DNA of 64,000 nucleotides. It comes from Candidatus Omnitrophota bacterium. GTDB taxonomy: Bacteria; Omnitrophota; Gorgyraeia; S143-82. Made by a program: the position numbers and the translations under genes. Positions 49,917 through 59,576 of the stretch are shown here, in pieces (the first letter of the stretch is position 1; every line of letters begins with the position of its first letter). Under the pieces are notes generated by a model. That model was not told the DNA's origin. It made no database searches and was given only the letters and a program-made list of their open reading frames with translations. The DNA is taken from positions 3,553 to 67,552 of the forward strand of contig WGBD01000011.1 of the NCBI GenBank assembly GCA_015494465.1. Reading direction: 5' to 3'.

Positions 49917-50624
49917 TCAGGAGCAGTGGTAATCCACGAATCGGGAGACGAGATCGCTCAGAAGGGCGTCCTCCTTCCCCATCAGGCTGACCTCTACCGC
50001 GTTCTGTATGGGCAGGCGCTCTATGCTCCGGATGGCCCGTATCAGACCGGAAGAGACCCTGACCGCATCACCTAGACCGACCTGACAGCGGGAACAGATG
50101 AGCCCCCCTTCCCTGTGGCTGAACCAGGTAGGTTCCTGCGGGCCGGGCAGATACCCACACCTCAGGCAACTACGCAGGTGAGGCTTGAAACCGGAGAGGT
50201 TGAGTAGTTTTATCTCAAAGGCCCGTATCAGGCGGGCCGGTCCTACCACGGGGACCAGACGAAGCGTCTCCAGGGCCAGGGCGTAGAGTTCTGGGTTGGG
50301 CTGATGGACCGGGCTTATCCTGTCTATCAACTCCATAAGCCGGCTAGCAACGGTGAAGCCCTCCTTGGAGGTCGTCGGCAAGGCCCTCCTCAGGAGACTG
50401 CACTGGGATACCAGATGCAGACCGGAATGCCGGGAAGGATAAAAGACCACCTCGTTTACGGTGAACAGGTCCACGGAAGAGGCGAACTTGCGGGGATCCT
50501 TGCGTATCCCTTTCAATATCCCGTGGAACTTCCCGTGAGTAGGAGAAAAGAAGACCGCAATGAGGGAGGTCTCGCGTATCGGGAACCTGCGCAGAACTAG
50601 TGCCTCAGTCTTCTGAATCGCCAT
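49917..50624 (-). CDS. recO: DNA repair protein RecO
   Basis: EALVLR...ETSLI..FS...GK...KG N-terminal OB fold; FEIKLL..SGFKP; CLRC/CSRC zinc finger. Confidence 0.92.
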   Translation of the reverse strand: MAIQKTEALVLRRFPIRETSLIAVFFSPTHGKFHGILKGIRKDPRKFASSVDLFTVNEVVFYPSRHSGLHLVSQCSLLRRALPTTSKEGFTVASRLMELIDRISPVHQPNPELYALALETLRLVPVVGPARLIRAFEIKLLNLSGFKPHLRSCLRCGYLPGPQEPTWFSHREGGLICSRCQVGLGDAVRVSSGLIRAIRSIERLPIQNAVEVSLMGKEDALLSDLVSRFVDYHCS

Positions 50625-51669
50625 AAAGGGTCGGAAACTTCCCTGCCTTGAGCTCTTCCACTATCTTGGAGATGTACACCCTCCGCTCCACGGATGTGGG
50701 ATGGGTGCGCCAGAAGTCCCTTATCATACTCTCGGGCACCTCTATCGCAAACCTCTCCCAGATGTCTTTACCTACATCGATGTCGTATCCTGCCCGGTAG
50801 GCGAGGTACAGGCCCCAGTAGTCCGCCTGCATCTCCAACTCCCGGGAGTACCCGCTCTCCACCGCCCCTATCCCCGCGGAGACGACCGCTGAACCCAATC
50901 CCGGGATCTCCGAATCCAGCTTAGCCCCGAGGATGGAGTTCAATATGTTGGACAGGAGGTTCACCCCTGCCATCTTGCGGTGATGCCTTAGGAGGATGTG
51001 GGCTATCTCGTGCCCCAAGACCACCGCCAGTTCGTCGTCCGACCTGATGAACCTCATCATACCGTAGGTGACCACTACCGAATGGGGAGTGGCCATGGAG
51101 TTTATCTCCGGAGAGGAGGACATGTAAAAGTCTATCCACACCGGCCTCCAGTCCAATCGGGCCATTCGGACCTTTCTATCGTACCCGTCGCTGAGGTCCA
51201 ACTCCACATATTCTCCCGGACGGTAACGATAAAGAGCAGAAAGGTAATCCCGATAATCCCTCACCGAATAATCGCCCAACCCCAAGAGTATCTCTCCGGG
51301 AGAGACCGCAAGGTCCTCACAGGAGGTCCCGGGAACCCTTTCTCCTACCACCAGGAACCTTCCCTCGGGCAGGTCAAAGGCCATCGCGGTCTCCTCATTG
51401 TTCTCCACGAGCACCAATCCCAGATAGGGATAATCACCCTGATATAGTTCTTTGGGGATGTGAGTAAGGATCCTGTACCCAACCTTTGCCACCCTCTTCC
51501 AGAGGGAGAGGCGGTACCTCACCGCCTTGGCGGCAAGGTCCCTCTGATAGACCGCCACCTCCTCGGGCGTTGCCCTCGGGCCTTCGTAGACACAGCCCGA
51601 GGAGACCGTCAGGGCCAAGGTTAGGCCCAGTAGTACAAGTCTGTATCTTCCAATGTGAATGCGGACCAT
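50605..51669 (-). CDS. M48 family metallopeptidase lipoprotein with an inserted PDZ-like domain
   Basis: Lipobox VSSGC; DELAVVLGHEIAH, YSRELEMQAD and THP motifs; YLGL...PGEIL PDZ-like segment. Confidence 0.85.
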   Translation of the reverse strand: MVRIHIGRYRLVLLGLTLALTVSSGCVYEGPRATPEEVAVYQRDLAAKAVRYRLSLWKRVAKVGYRILTHIPKELYQGDYPYLGLVLVENNEETAMAFDLPEGRFLVVGERVPGTSCEDLAVSPGEILLGLGDYSVRDYRDYLSALYRYRPGEYVELDLSDGYDRKVRMARLDWRPVWIDFYMSSSPEINSMATPHSVVVTYGMMRFIRSDDELAVVLGHEIAHILLRHHRKMAGVNLLSNILNSILGAKLDSEIPGLGSAVVSAGIGAVESGYSRELEMQADYWGLYLAYRAGYDIDVGKDIWERFAIEVPESMIRDFWRTHPTSVERRVYISKIVEELKAGKFPTLYGDSED

Positions 51670-51992
51670 ATCACATCCTTTACCCCGTCCCAGTCCACAC
51701 CCATCACCGTAAAGTGGTAATCGAGGTCTTGTTGCGGGAGCCTCTCTTGGATAAAGCTCACCGCGGTCTTGACTATCCTGCGCATCTTCCTGACATCAAC
51801 GCTCTCCAACGCCGAGACCAACGAGGTTTCGCCCCGGTGTCTCACCTCCACGAAGAAGACCTCTCTCCCCTTGCGGGCAACTATGTCCACCTCACCAAAG
51901 GGTTTTTTATAGTTGCGGGCAAGAATGGAAAACCCGTTATCCTTCAAGAATCTCACCGCTATGTCCTCGTAAATATCTCCCGGATTCACCAC
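51621..51992 (-). CDS. YraN family (UPF0102) endonuclease-like protein
   Basis: G...ED.A..FL...G..IL.RN, GEVDIVA and FVEVR motifs; follows rnhB. Confidence 0.88.
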   Translation of the reverse strand: MVNPGDIYEDIAVRFLKDNGFSILARNYKKPFGEVDIVARKGREVFFVEVRHRGETSLVSALESVDVRKMRRIVKTAVSFIQERLPQQDLDYHFTVMGVDWDGVKDVIWSAFTLEDTDLYYWA

Positions 51993-52600
51993 AACCTCAT
52001 CTGGACTACCGGATCGTAACTCCTCCTGTGCACCCGCGAGGGACCGTATTGGTTTATAGCCTTTATGTGATCCTCGGTAGCGTAGCCCTTGTGTCGAGCA
52101 AAGCCGTACTGAGGGTAGAGCACATCAAGGCCCAGCATTATACCGTCCCGCACCACCTTGGAGAGGATAGAGGCACAGGAGACCTGCGGTACAGATAAGT
52201 CCGCCTTCACCGTGGGCACGCACACCGAATCCAGATCCTCGGGCAGGGGTATACAGTCCCTGCCGTCCACCACCACCTCGATGCGATAGTCCCTCAGGGC
52301 CGGATGTTTTTTTATCAACGCCTCCAATGCCCGGGCCATCCCCGACAGGGTGGCTCGACGGATGTTCAACCTGTCTATGGTGTAGACATCCACGATGGCA
52401 ACCGACCAGTAGAGGTTCTTGGTGATGAACTCAAAGGCGGATCTCCTGCGCTTGGGGGTGAGGCGCTTGGAATCGGCGATGGCGATGTCTTTGGGGAATT
52501 CTATACCTTCCGGAAATGCCACCGCCGAACAGACCACTGGACCCGCCAACGGGCCTCTGCCTGCCTCATCTACCCCCACGGTCAGCGTCCTTCGCCCCAT
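51986..52600 (-). CDS. rnhB: Ribonuclease HII
   Basis: GVDEAGRGPLAGPV, DSKRL, VDG, ASILSKVVRD and HKGY motifs. Confidence 0.96.
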   Translation of the reverse strand: MGRRTLTVGVDEAGRGPLAGPVVCSAVAFPEGIEFPKDIAIADSKRLTPKRRRSAFEFITKNLYWSVAIVDVYTIDRLNIRRATLSGMARALEALIKKHPALRDYRIEVVVDGRDCIPLPEDLDSVCVPTVKADLSVPQVSCASILSKVVRDGIMLGLDVLYPQYGFARHKGYATEDHIKAINQYGPSRVHRRSYDPVVQMRLW

Positions 52601-53369
52601 CCAGGTACTCCAAGTCTTCTAAGGTGTACTCGTAGCGCTCCACCAACCTCATCTCTCCATCTATTTTATCCCAAATCATCAACTTGGTGGGGAGTTTGAG
52701 ACTGGGATTGAACTCTATTCGGGCGCGGTAGCAGTAGAATTCGGGATACCTGTCCTTGGGCAATGTTATCTCCAGACATATGTTCCCCGATCCGTCACTG
52801 CAATCCTCCACATCCAGATCCACCCCGTAGTCCTGCGCCAACCTCAACTGCTCTTGCAACACCTTGGCGATGTAATCAAACCCTGCGTGGTATATGGGAT
52901 GAAGGCTGTCCTTCATCGCCAGATCCGAGAGGGGATCGAGTTTGACCTTGAAGATTCTCTTCCAACCCGGGCCCCGGGCAACCAATCGGTAGTCGTTCTC
53001 CCCAGCCGGCCACCATACCTCCTGCCCCCGCTTGTTGGGGCTCAACCATCTCATGTGTATCCGCTTATCCAAGCGGTCCACCTCCACCTCTATCTCCTCT
53101 TCAGGAGTGTACCTGCCGTTCTTGTAAACCCTCTTCCTGCCAACGAATACATAGCCCCTGAGACGGTTCAACGAGTCCTCAAAGCCCGCCAATATCTGTC
53201 TGAGGCGGGCGAGTTTCTTTAAAAACTCTTTCTGAGATACCACCAATCCTTTGCTTGGCGAAGAGGTACTCTCCTCCCAGGTAGACTCTTCTATCCGGGC
53301 AAACCATACCCCCAAAGAAAGCGAGGCCATTAACCCGATAACCAATGCAACCCTAATGCCTAAACTCAT
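52566..53369 (-). CDS. DUF1571-like membrane-anchored periplasmic protein
   Basis: N-terminal TM; GQEVWW..GEN, LDP....AM....HPI..AG and LVERYEY patterns resemble DUF1571. Confidence 0.65.
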   Translation of the reverse strand: MSLGIRVALVIGLMASLSLGVWFARIEESTWEESTSSPSKGLVVSQKEFLKKLARLRQILAGFEDSLNRLRGYVFVGRKRVYKNGRYTPEEEIEVEVDRLDKRIHMRWLSPNKRGQEVWWPAGENDYRLVARGPGWKRIFKVKLDPLSDLAMKDSLHPIYHAGFDYIAKVLQEQLRLAQDYGVDLDVEDCSDGSGNICLEITLPKDRYPEFYCYRARIEFNPSLKLPTKLMIWDKIDGEMRLVERYEYTLEDLEYLDGAKDADRGGR

Positions 53370-54321
53370 GCCTTATCCTATCCCCCGCCAATTCGTCCAG
53401 ACCGTAATCCTCCTGCCACCAGCCCTTCTCCAGACCGAGCGAGAGCATCCACTCTTGCACATCCCTGTACTCCTTTCGGGTTATCCGCCGGGATACCTCC
53501 GGGACCTCGCCGGCCTTGTAGAAGGGATAGTACTGGCTCATGAGGGATATGTATACATCCTTTCCCAGATTCGTCCTTATCCACCTGAACCAGTCAAAGG
53601 ATCCCGAGGCATCGTTGGGCAGGACCAGGTGCCTTATCAGGACGCCTTTTAGCATAACTCCATCGGGAGAGAAGACCACCGATGGCCGTTGACGATACAT
53701 CTCCAAGAGAGCAGACCTTGCCACCTCAGGATAGTCTTTACTGCGGGCCAGTTTCATACTCCAGCGGCGGTGAAAGAACTTGGTATCCGGCAGGTAGACA
53801 TCCACCACCCCCTCGAGCAAGGCAAGGGTCTCTCTGCGCACATAAGAAGAGGTGTTGTAGACCAAAGGCAGGCGCAGGCCCATCGACACCGCTCTGTCCA
53901 AGGCCAATACTATGTGGGGCAGGTAATGTTCAGGAGTAACCAGATTGATGTTGTGCACTCCCATTGCCTGAAGTTCCAGCATGATGCGGGCGAGGTCGTC
54001 TATAGAGTAGATGCGCCCCTCGCCTTCCTGAGAGAAACGATAATTCTGACAGAATACGCACCCCAACGGACAGTGGGAGAAGAATATAGTCCCCGATCCC
54101 CCCTGCCCACTAATGCAGGGCTCCTCACCGGTGTGCACCATGTACCCGGCCAGTTCCAAATCAGCGCTAGCAGAGCAGAACCCCCTCTGGCCCTTCAACC
54201 TGTTCACACCGCAGGACCGGGGGCAGAGGCGACAGTTCTCCAATTGAGCCCAGAGATGCTCCCCTATCTCACGGAGCCTGCCTTCCCGTGCCAGTCTTAG
54301 ATAATCCGGCTCTATCGCCAT
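53353..54321 (-). CDS. Radical SAM protein, PflX-like
   Basis: N-terminal CRLCPRSC; HTGEEPCISG..GSGTIFF; CPLGCVFC (CxxxCxxC); HNINLVTP and RHLVLP motifs. Confidence 0.9.
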   Translation of the reverse strand: MAIEPDYLRLAREGRLREIGEHLWAQLENCRLCPRSCGVNRLKGQRGFCSASADLELAGYMVHTGEEPCISGQGGSGTIFFSHCPLGCVFCQNYRFSQEGEGRIYSIDDLARIMLELQAMGVHNINLVTPEHYLPHIVLALDRAVSMGLRLPLVYNTSSYVRRETLALLEGVVDVYLPDTKFFHRRWSMKLARSKDYPEVARSALLEMYRQRPSVVFSPDGVMLKGVLIRHLVLPNDASGSFDWFRWIRTNLGKDVYISLMSQYYPFYKAGEVPEVSRRITRKEYRDVQEWMLSLGLEKGWWQEDYGLDELAGDRIRHEFRH

Positions 54322-55291
54322 ACCTGTGCCTCAACAGGGTCGATACGAAGACGACCTTCACATTCTCCAACAACTCCGGTTCCATAATCAGTAGGGTATC
54401 CAAGGTAGAGGTGCGGTCGTGGCCTATCAATACGGCGTAGCCCTTCCTGCGGGCTATCTTCATCCCTAATCTGATCTGCCCCTTTATGTACTCAGGATTC
54501 AGGTCGTTATCTATAAAGACATCTCTCTTCACGCAGGGCAAACCCACTTCCTTTGCCACCTCCGTCACCACGCTCTTAGGAGAGGAGTAACTGTCCAGGA
54601 AAAACAACCCCCGCCGTTTCAACTCCCGCAATACGATCCGCATCACCCTGCGATCAGCGGTGGCCCGTGAGCCCATGTGGTTGTTGACGCCCTTTGCGTA
54701 CGGTACTTCCGCCAAGGCCCAATCGAGGATGCCTCGGATCTCCTCCTCACTCATCTCCACGGTTACGGTCCTAGGCTCCCAATGGGAACGGGAGAGTTTC
54801 ATCGGCTCCATTGGCAGATGGAGCATCACCTCTTTGTGGTATAACCGACACACCTGAGCAACCTGCCTGCTGAACCTGTGCCCCGGCAGTATCGCTATGT
54901 CCAGCGGGATACCTATCTCCTTCAGGTAGTGAATGTTCCTGTCGGAATATCCCCAGTCGTCCAGGACTATCGCCAGATAGGGGCGGGAGGATACCTTGGC
55001 GGATATTTGAGCTTTTAGGTTTGGTTTACCGGTCTTCTTCTTTTTAGACCCGGAAGCCCTCTTCTGAGGCGCTGCCCCTCGAGAAGATAGCTCCGTGGCC
55101 TTCCGAGATCTCAGGAGTCTCAACTGAGACTTCAGTTGCTGATTCTCTATCCAGAGCACGAGGACAAAAAGAGACAAGAAGAACAGACCCGCCAAAAGGA
55201 GCCATATAATCTCCTTCCTCCAGTCGAGTGGAGCCCTCTCTGGCCTCCTCTCCCTCCTCTTCTTGCCCCGCCTAGGCCTGCCCCCCATCAC
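54269..55291 (-). CDS. Divergent polysaccharide deacetylase (YibQ/DUF610 family), membrane anchored
   Basis: [37 protein letters not shown] and IGH motifs. Confidence 0.9.
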   Translation of the reverse strand: MMGGRPRRGKKRRERRPERAPLDWRKEIIWLLLAGLFFLSLFVLVLWIENQQLKSQLRLLRSRKATELSSRGAAPQKRASGSKKKKTGKPNLKAQISAKVSSRPYLAIVLDDWGYSDRNIHYLKEIGIPLDIAILPGHRFSRQVAQVCRLYHKEVMLHLPMEPMKLSRSHWEPRTVTVEMSEEEIRGILDWALAEVPYAKGVNNHMGSRATADRRVMRIVLRELKRRGLFFLDSYSSPKSVVTEVAKEVGLPCVKRDVFIDNDLNPEYIKGQIRLGMKIARRKGYAVLIGHDRTSTLDTLLIMEPELLENVKVVFVSTLLRHRYGDRAGLSKTGTGRQAP

Positions 55292-56301
55292 AGATCTCTA
55301 CCCACCGCCTGGGCAACCTTGCGCACATCCCTCACCAGCTCCTGGAACATCTCCGGGGTGAGAGACTGGGCACCGTCGGACAGGGCCTCCTCTGGACAGG
55401 TGTGGACCTCTATCATCAGACCATCCGCACCGGCAGCCACTCCAGCCATAGATACCGCCTTTATCAATTCCCTCTTACCGGTCCCGTGGCTGGGATCCAC
55501 TATCACCGGCAGGTGAGACAGCAACTTCACTGCTGGTATGGCGTTTATGTCCAGGGTATTCCGGGTATGCTGCTCAAAGGTCCTTATTCCCCTTTCACAG
55601 AGTATCACCTCAAAGTTCCCCTCCTTGAGGATGTACTCCGCGGACATCAACCACTCCTTTATGGTGGCACACAGCCCCCGCTTTAGCATGACCGGCTTCT
55701 TTACCTGTCCAACCTCCTTGAGGAGGTTGAAGTTCTGCATGTTCCTGGCACCGATCTGGAGGATGTCCACATACCTGCTCACCAGCTCCACCTGACGGGG
55801 CTCCATGACCTCGCTTATGGTGACCAGGCCGAGTTCATCTGCTACCTGGCGCATGTACTTCAGGCCCTCTTCCCCTAGGCCCTGGAAGGAATAAGGTGAA
55901 GTGCGGGGTTTAAAAGCCCCACCCCGAAGTATCACCGCCCCTGCGGACTTCACTGCCCGAGCGATGTCCCTCAACCGATCCAACCCTTCTATGGAACAGG
56001 GGCCAGCCATTAGCACGATCTTATCCCCACCTATCTCCACATCCTTTACCCTAATGACCGTGGATTCGGGCTTGAACTCCCGTGAGACGAGCTTATAAGG
56101 GGCCATCACCGGCATAACCTTTTCAACACCCGGGCAGGCCTCGATAGGCTGACCCAAAAGGAGAGACTCGTCGCCAATAACACCTATGATGGTCCTCTCC
56201 ACTCCTCTAGAGACCATGGTCTTCAATCCAAGGCTCTCTACCCGCTGTACGACATGATCGACCTGATCCTGGGTGGCGTTGGCCTTCATAACGATTATCA
56301 T
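55288..56301 (-). CDS. aroF: DAHP synthase, type I-beta with N-terminal regulatory domain
   Basis: [32 protein letters not shown] and DPSH motifs; GGAGGTG SD. Confidence 0.95.
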   Translation of the reverse strand: MIIVMKANATQDQVDHVVQRVESLGLKTMVSRGVERTIIGVIGDESLLLGQPIEACPGVEKVMPVMAPYKLVSREFKPESTVIRVKDVEIGGDKIVLMAGPCSIEGLDRLRDIARAVKSAGAVILRGGAFKPRTSPYSFQGLGEEGLKYMRQVADELGLVTISEVMEPRQVELVSRYVDILQIGARNMQNFNLLKEVGQVKKPVMLKRGLCATIKEWLMSAEYILKEGNFEVILCERGIRTFEQHTRNTLDINAIPAVKLLSHLPVIVDPSHGTGKRELIKAVSMAGVAAGADGLMIEVHTCPEEALSDGAQSLTPEMFQELVRDVRKVAQAVGRDL

Positions 56302-56306
56302 AAAAA

Positions 56307-57410
56307 TCACCTCCTATTCTTCAGAAACGCCTTCACTGCCTTTACGAACCTCCGATTCTCCCGAGGTTGCCCTACGGTAACCCTGATGTAGTCCTGAAGT
56401 CCCCAGGCCTTCATGTGTCTCACTATTATCCCAGACTTCAAGAGGTATTCAACCAGTTCCTCGCTCTTCGGCCCCACTTTTACCAAAAGAAAGTTGGTGG
56501 CAGAATCCAAAACCTCCAGACCAAGGCTACTTAGTGCCTTGCGAAGAAACCCTTTTTCCCGTTTAAAAAGGCGGTATATCCGCTCGTAATATTCCTTGCT
56601 ATCCAAGGCTGCTATCCCAGCCACTTGGGCGAGGCTATTCACATTGAATGGTTCCCTTACCCGGTTCATGAGGTCTATTACTTCCTTACGAGCGAATGCG
56701 TAACCCAACCTTACGCCTGCCAGACCGTAGTACTTAGAAAAGGTGCGAGAGACCACCACGTTCTTGCCTGCCTTCAAAAAGTCCAGGCCGTTGGGATAAT
56801 CCTCAAGCTCCCTTGCGAACTCGTAGTAGGCCTCGTCCAGAAACACGCACACCTCCTCCGGGATGCTATTCAAGAATCTGGCCAGCTCCTCTTTGGTCAC
56901 ATAGGTACCAGTGGGGTTATCGGGATTGGCAATGAAGACCAGCTTCGTGGAATCGGTTATCGCCGAGCTGATGGCTCCAAGATCGTAGCGCATCCCCTTG
57001 GCAGGCACCTCCCTCACCCGAATACCCTCTACCAATCCCGCAATCTTGTAGATGAGAAATGTAGGGAAAGAGGTGACTATCTCCTGCCCAGGGGCAACCA
57101 GGGAGCGCACCGCAAATACGATTATCTCATCACTTCCGTTACCAAAAATGATCTGATCCTCAGAGACACCGAACTCCTTGGCTATCCTCTGGCGCAGGTA
57201 GTATTGATTCCCTTCCGGATAGCGATTTATCCCACTCACTGCCCGGCATATGGCCTTACGCACTCGAGGAGAGGGGGGGAAGGGATTCTCGTTAGAGGCC
57301 AGTTTTACCACATCCCTTACGCCAAGCTCCCGCTTCAGTTCCTCTATGGGTTTACCTGGCTTGTATACCGCTATGTTACGCAGATAAGTGCGCAAGGATC
57401 CGTCCCCCAA
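56307..57410 (-). CDS. hisC: Histidinol-phosphate aminotransferase
   Basis: YKPGKP, KLASNENP, GNGSDE, NPDNPTG, DEAY and RTFSKYYGLAGVRLG motifs; start could be TTG 57410 or TTG 57395. Confidence 0.94.
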   Translation of the reverse strand: MGDGSLRTYLRNIAVYKPGKPIEELKRELGVRDVVKLASNENPFPPSPRVRKAICRAVSGINRYPEGNQYYLRQRIAKEFGVSEDQIIFGNGSDEIIVFAVRSLVAPGQEIVTSFPTFLIYKIAGLVEGIRVREVPAKGMRYDLGAISSAITDSTKLVFIANPDNPTGTYVTKEELARFLNSIPEEVCVFLDEAYYEFARELEDYPNGLDFLKAGKNVVVSRTFSKYYGLAGVRLGYAFARKEVIDLMNRVREPFNVNSLAQVAGIAALDSKEYYERIYRLFKREKGFLRKALSSLGLEVLDSATNFLLVKVGPKSEELVEYLLKSGIIVRHMKAWGLQDYIRVTVGQPRENRRFVKAVKAFLKNRR

Positions 57411-57421
57411 ACAAAAAATCC

Positions 57422-57495
57422 CGCGCCCAGAGGGACTCGAACCCCCAACACCCAGCTCCGTAGGCTGGTGCTCTATCCAATTGAGCTATGGGCGC
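57422..57495 (-). tRNA. tRNA-Arg(ACG), no encoded CCA
   Basis: GCGCCCA/TGGGCGC acceptor stem, CCAGC-CTACGGA-GCTGG anticodon arm, GTTCGAGTC T arm. Confidence 0.95.
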
Positions 57496-57541
57496 AGAAC
57501 ATTTACTTTTACTACTAATCGCAGTAAATTACAACCCCAAA

Positions 57542-59011
57542 CTACTCTACTCGCCAGAACTTGAAGCGGATTATCCTCTTAAGTAGCCCTATCTCCCCAA
57601 CGAACCAGGTGCGTTGGGCAGGTGTGGGGTCTATCTCCTCCTCGTCTATCACATGGTTGCCGTTGACATCCGCACTGGCCCTGACGCTGAAGACATGCCT
57701 TCCCGGTGCAAGGTTGACCAGAAGCACCGAATCCTCTTTAGACCACCTGCTCCACTTCCCTCCATCCAAGGAATAAGAGTAGTAGCACTTGTCGAGGGAA
57801 CAACGATACCGGAAATAGGCATCCGTCTGCTTGGTCACTCCCGTTGGTCCGCTGACGATAATGGTATCCGGGGCAAGTAGTTCCAGGATTATGGAGGAAG
57901 AATACACTCGCGAGACATTGCCTGCCTTATCCATGAACTGGACGAAGACCGTCTGCCTTCCACTGTAGGGCCTCAGTCTCCACTCTAGCTCCTCTCTGTA
58001 ATCCGTCCAGGCAGAGGACTCACATTCCGCTCGGGAGTTCCCTACCCTAACCTTGCTCACCCCTGAATAATTGTCCTGGGCCGACAGCGTTAACAATACA
58101 GTGATACTATTAGTGTGCTTGGCCCCGTGGTTTATCTGAACGGATCCGGTGGGGGGGATCGTGTCCACCGCAAAACCCCATACGAAGGCGCTCGTCCTGT
58201 TGCCTGCCAAATCGCTGGCCTCCACGGAGACGGTTACCCTGCCCTCGGGTAAGATACCGTAATTGACGAAGCAACCGCAGGTTTTGTCGAACTTCAGGTA
58301 CACCCGACGGTTATTTATTCTACACACTACGTGCCTGGCATCCACACCACTGGCCTTATCCTCTATCCAGATCTTAATCGGTTCGTCTCGGGCGTTCAAC
58401 AGCGTCCCACTCTTTGGCTCCACCCGGCTTATCCCCGGAGGCTCGGTGTCCACCCATATGGCAAAACTGCCCACCTCGCCCCAGACACCTGCGCTATTTT
58501 GGGCCTTCACATAGAAGGTATGCTTACCATCGGTAATGGGGTTGTCCTTATAATCTGCAAACTTGCTGGTGGTATCTATCTCGTCGTCTGGATCCGAATC
58601 CAAGGAGTAGCTGTAACCTGCGGGGATGAGCTGGGGATTCTTTATCTCCCAGACGAAGTAAGGCGTAGGATCCGACTGCCACCTTCCAGGGTATATCCTA
58701 AAACCGCCTGGGTGGGTATAGGCCGAGATCCAATCGATGTCGTAAGCACCCTCCTCCTCAGGTCCTTGCCCCAATATAGTGAGCACCGTAAAAAAACCAC
58801 TGGTGATCTTCTTCATCTCCCTAACGATCACCCCAACGAAGGTATCGCCTATAACATGCCTGATGATGTAATTCGCGGAACGCATAGGCGATGTCCCCAT
58901 CGCGGTTATCCAACCCCAGTGCTTGAATTGCTTTGACCTGGGCGGAGAGAATCCCCACAGGTCAACCAGCAGAAAACACCCTAGCAACAAAATCAGCCAC
59001 TTTTTGCGCAT
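57542..59011 (-). CDS. Secreted protein with tandem Ig-like/fibronectin-like beta domains
   Basis: Signal peptide; repeated DG.HTF.V.A...AG, VDT.PP, D.AGN and YSYSLD motifs. Confidence 0.8.
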   Translation of the reverse strand: MRKKWLILLLGCFLLVDLWGFSPPRSKQFKHWGWITAMGTSPMRSANYIIRHVIGDTFVGVIVREMKKITSGFFTVLTILGQGPEEEGAYDIDWISAYTHPGGFRIYPGRWQSDPTPYFVWEIKNPQLIPAGYSYSLDSDPDDEIDTTSKFADYKDNPITDGKHTFYVKAQNSAGVWGEVGSFAIWVDTEPPGISRVEPKSGTLLNARDEPIKIWIEDKASGVDARHVVCRINNRRVYLKFDKTCGCFVNYGILPEGRVTVSVEASDLAGNRTSAFVWGFAVDTIPPTGSVQINHGAKHTNSITVLLTLSAQDNYSGVSKVRVGNSRAECESSAWTDYREELEWRLRPYSGRQTVFVQFMDKAGNVSRVYSSSIILELLAPDTIIVSGPTGVTKQTDAYFRYRCSLDKCYYSYSLDGGKWSRWSKEDSVLLVNLAPGRHVFSVRASADVNGNHVIDEEEIDPTPAQRTWFVGEIGLLKRIIRFKFWRVE

Positions 59012-59576
59012 CCTTTAAGCCTGGCTCCCTTTCCAGTCCCGAGGCAACATCAACCCCGTATGGTCTGACCTTTCTCACAGCCTCTGCCACATTCTCTGGT
59101 CTCAAGCCCCCAGCCAATATCACTGGGAGCCTAGCAGACTCCACTACATCCCTGGCCTTATCCCAATCGATAGTAAGCCCCGTCCCTCCCGGACTATCTT
59201 TACCAGAGGCATCCAATAGGATAGCAGAATACCAGCGAGGGATCTCGTCCAAGTCCAGTCCCTCCAAGGCTACCGCCCTTATCAACTTCGATCCCTTCAG
59301 AATTGATCTGGCGGGCTCTGAAGGGTCGAAGTAGAGTTGAAATGTGTCAAACCCTATCTCCTTCAGTAGCTTCAAAAGGTCCAAATCCTCCCGGGTGACG
59401 ACTGCTACCTTGCTCACGAAAACGGGAAGGGCCTGGATGATTCGGGCAGATGTAGGTAGGTCCACCTTTCTGGGGCTTGTGGGATGGAACACGAACCCTA
59501 AGGCGTGTACGCCTAAGCGAACGCACAGCAAGGCATCCTCTAGATTGGTGATCCCACAGATCTTAATCCGAACCAT
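58962..59576 (-). CDS. trpF: Phosphoribosylanthranilate isomerase
   Basis: KICGIT, SPR, GGTG, LAGGL.PENV and DVASGLE motifs. Confidence 0.95.
   Translation of the reverse strand: MVRIKICGITNLEDALLCVRLGVHALGFVFHPTSPRKVDLPTSARIIQALPVFVSKVAVVTREDLDLLKLLKEIGFDTFQLYFDPSEPARSILKGSKLIRAVALEGLDLDEIPRWYSAILLDASGKDSPGGTGLTIDWDKARDVVESARLPVILAGGLRPENVAEAVRKVRPYGVDVASGLEREPGLKDAQKVADFVARVFSAG

Noticed and set aside
21256-57495. tRNA genes as integration sites for a genomic island or prophage
   Set aside because: No integrase or transposase, no duplicated tRNA 3' end noticed, and core genes flank all three tRNAs
57496-57541. Promoter for tRNA-Arg (TTGTAA-17-TAAAAG)
   Set aside because: The AT-rich gap probably holds a promoter, but the -10 match is too weak to place
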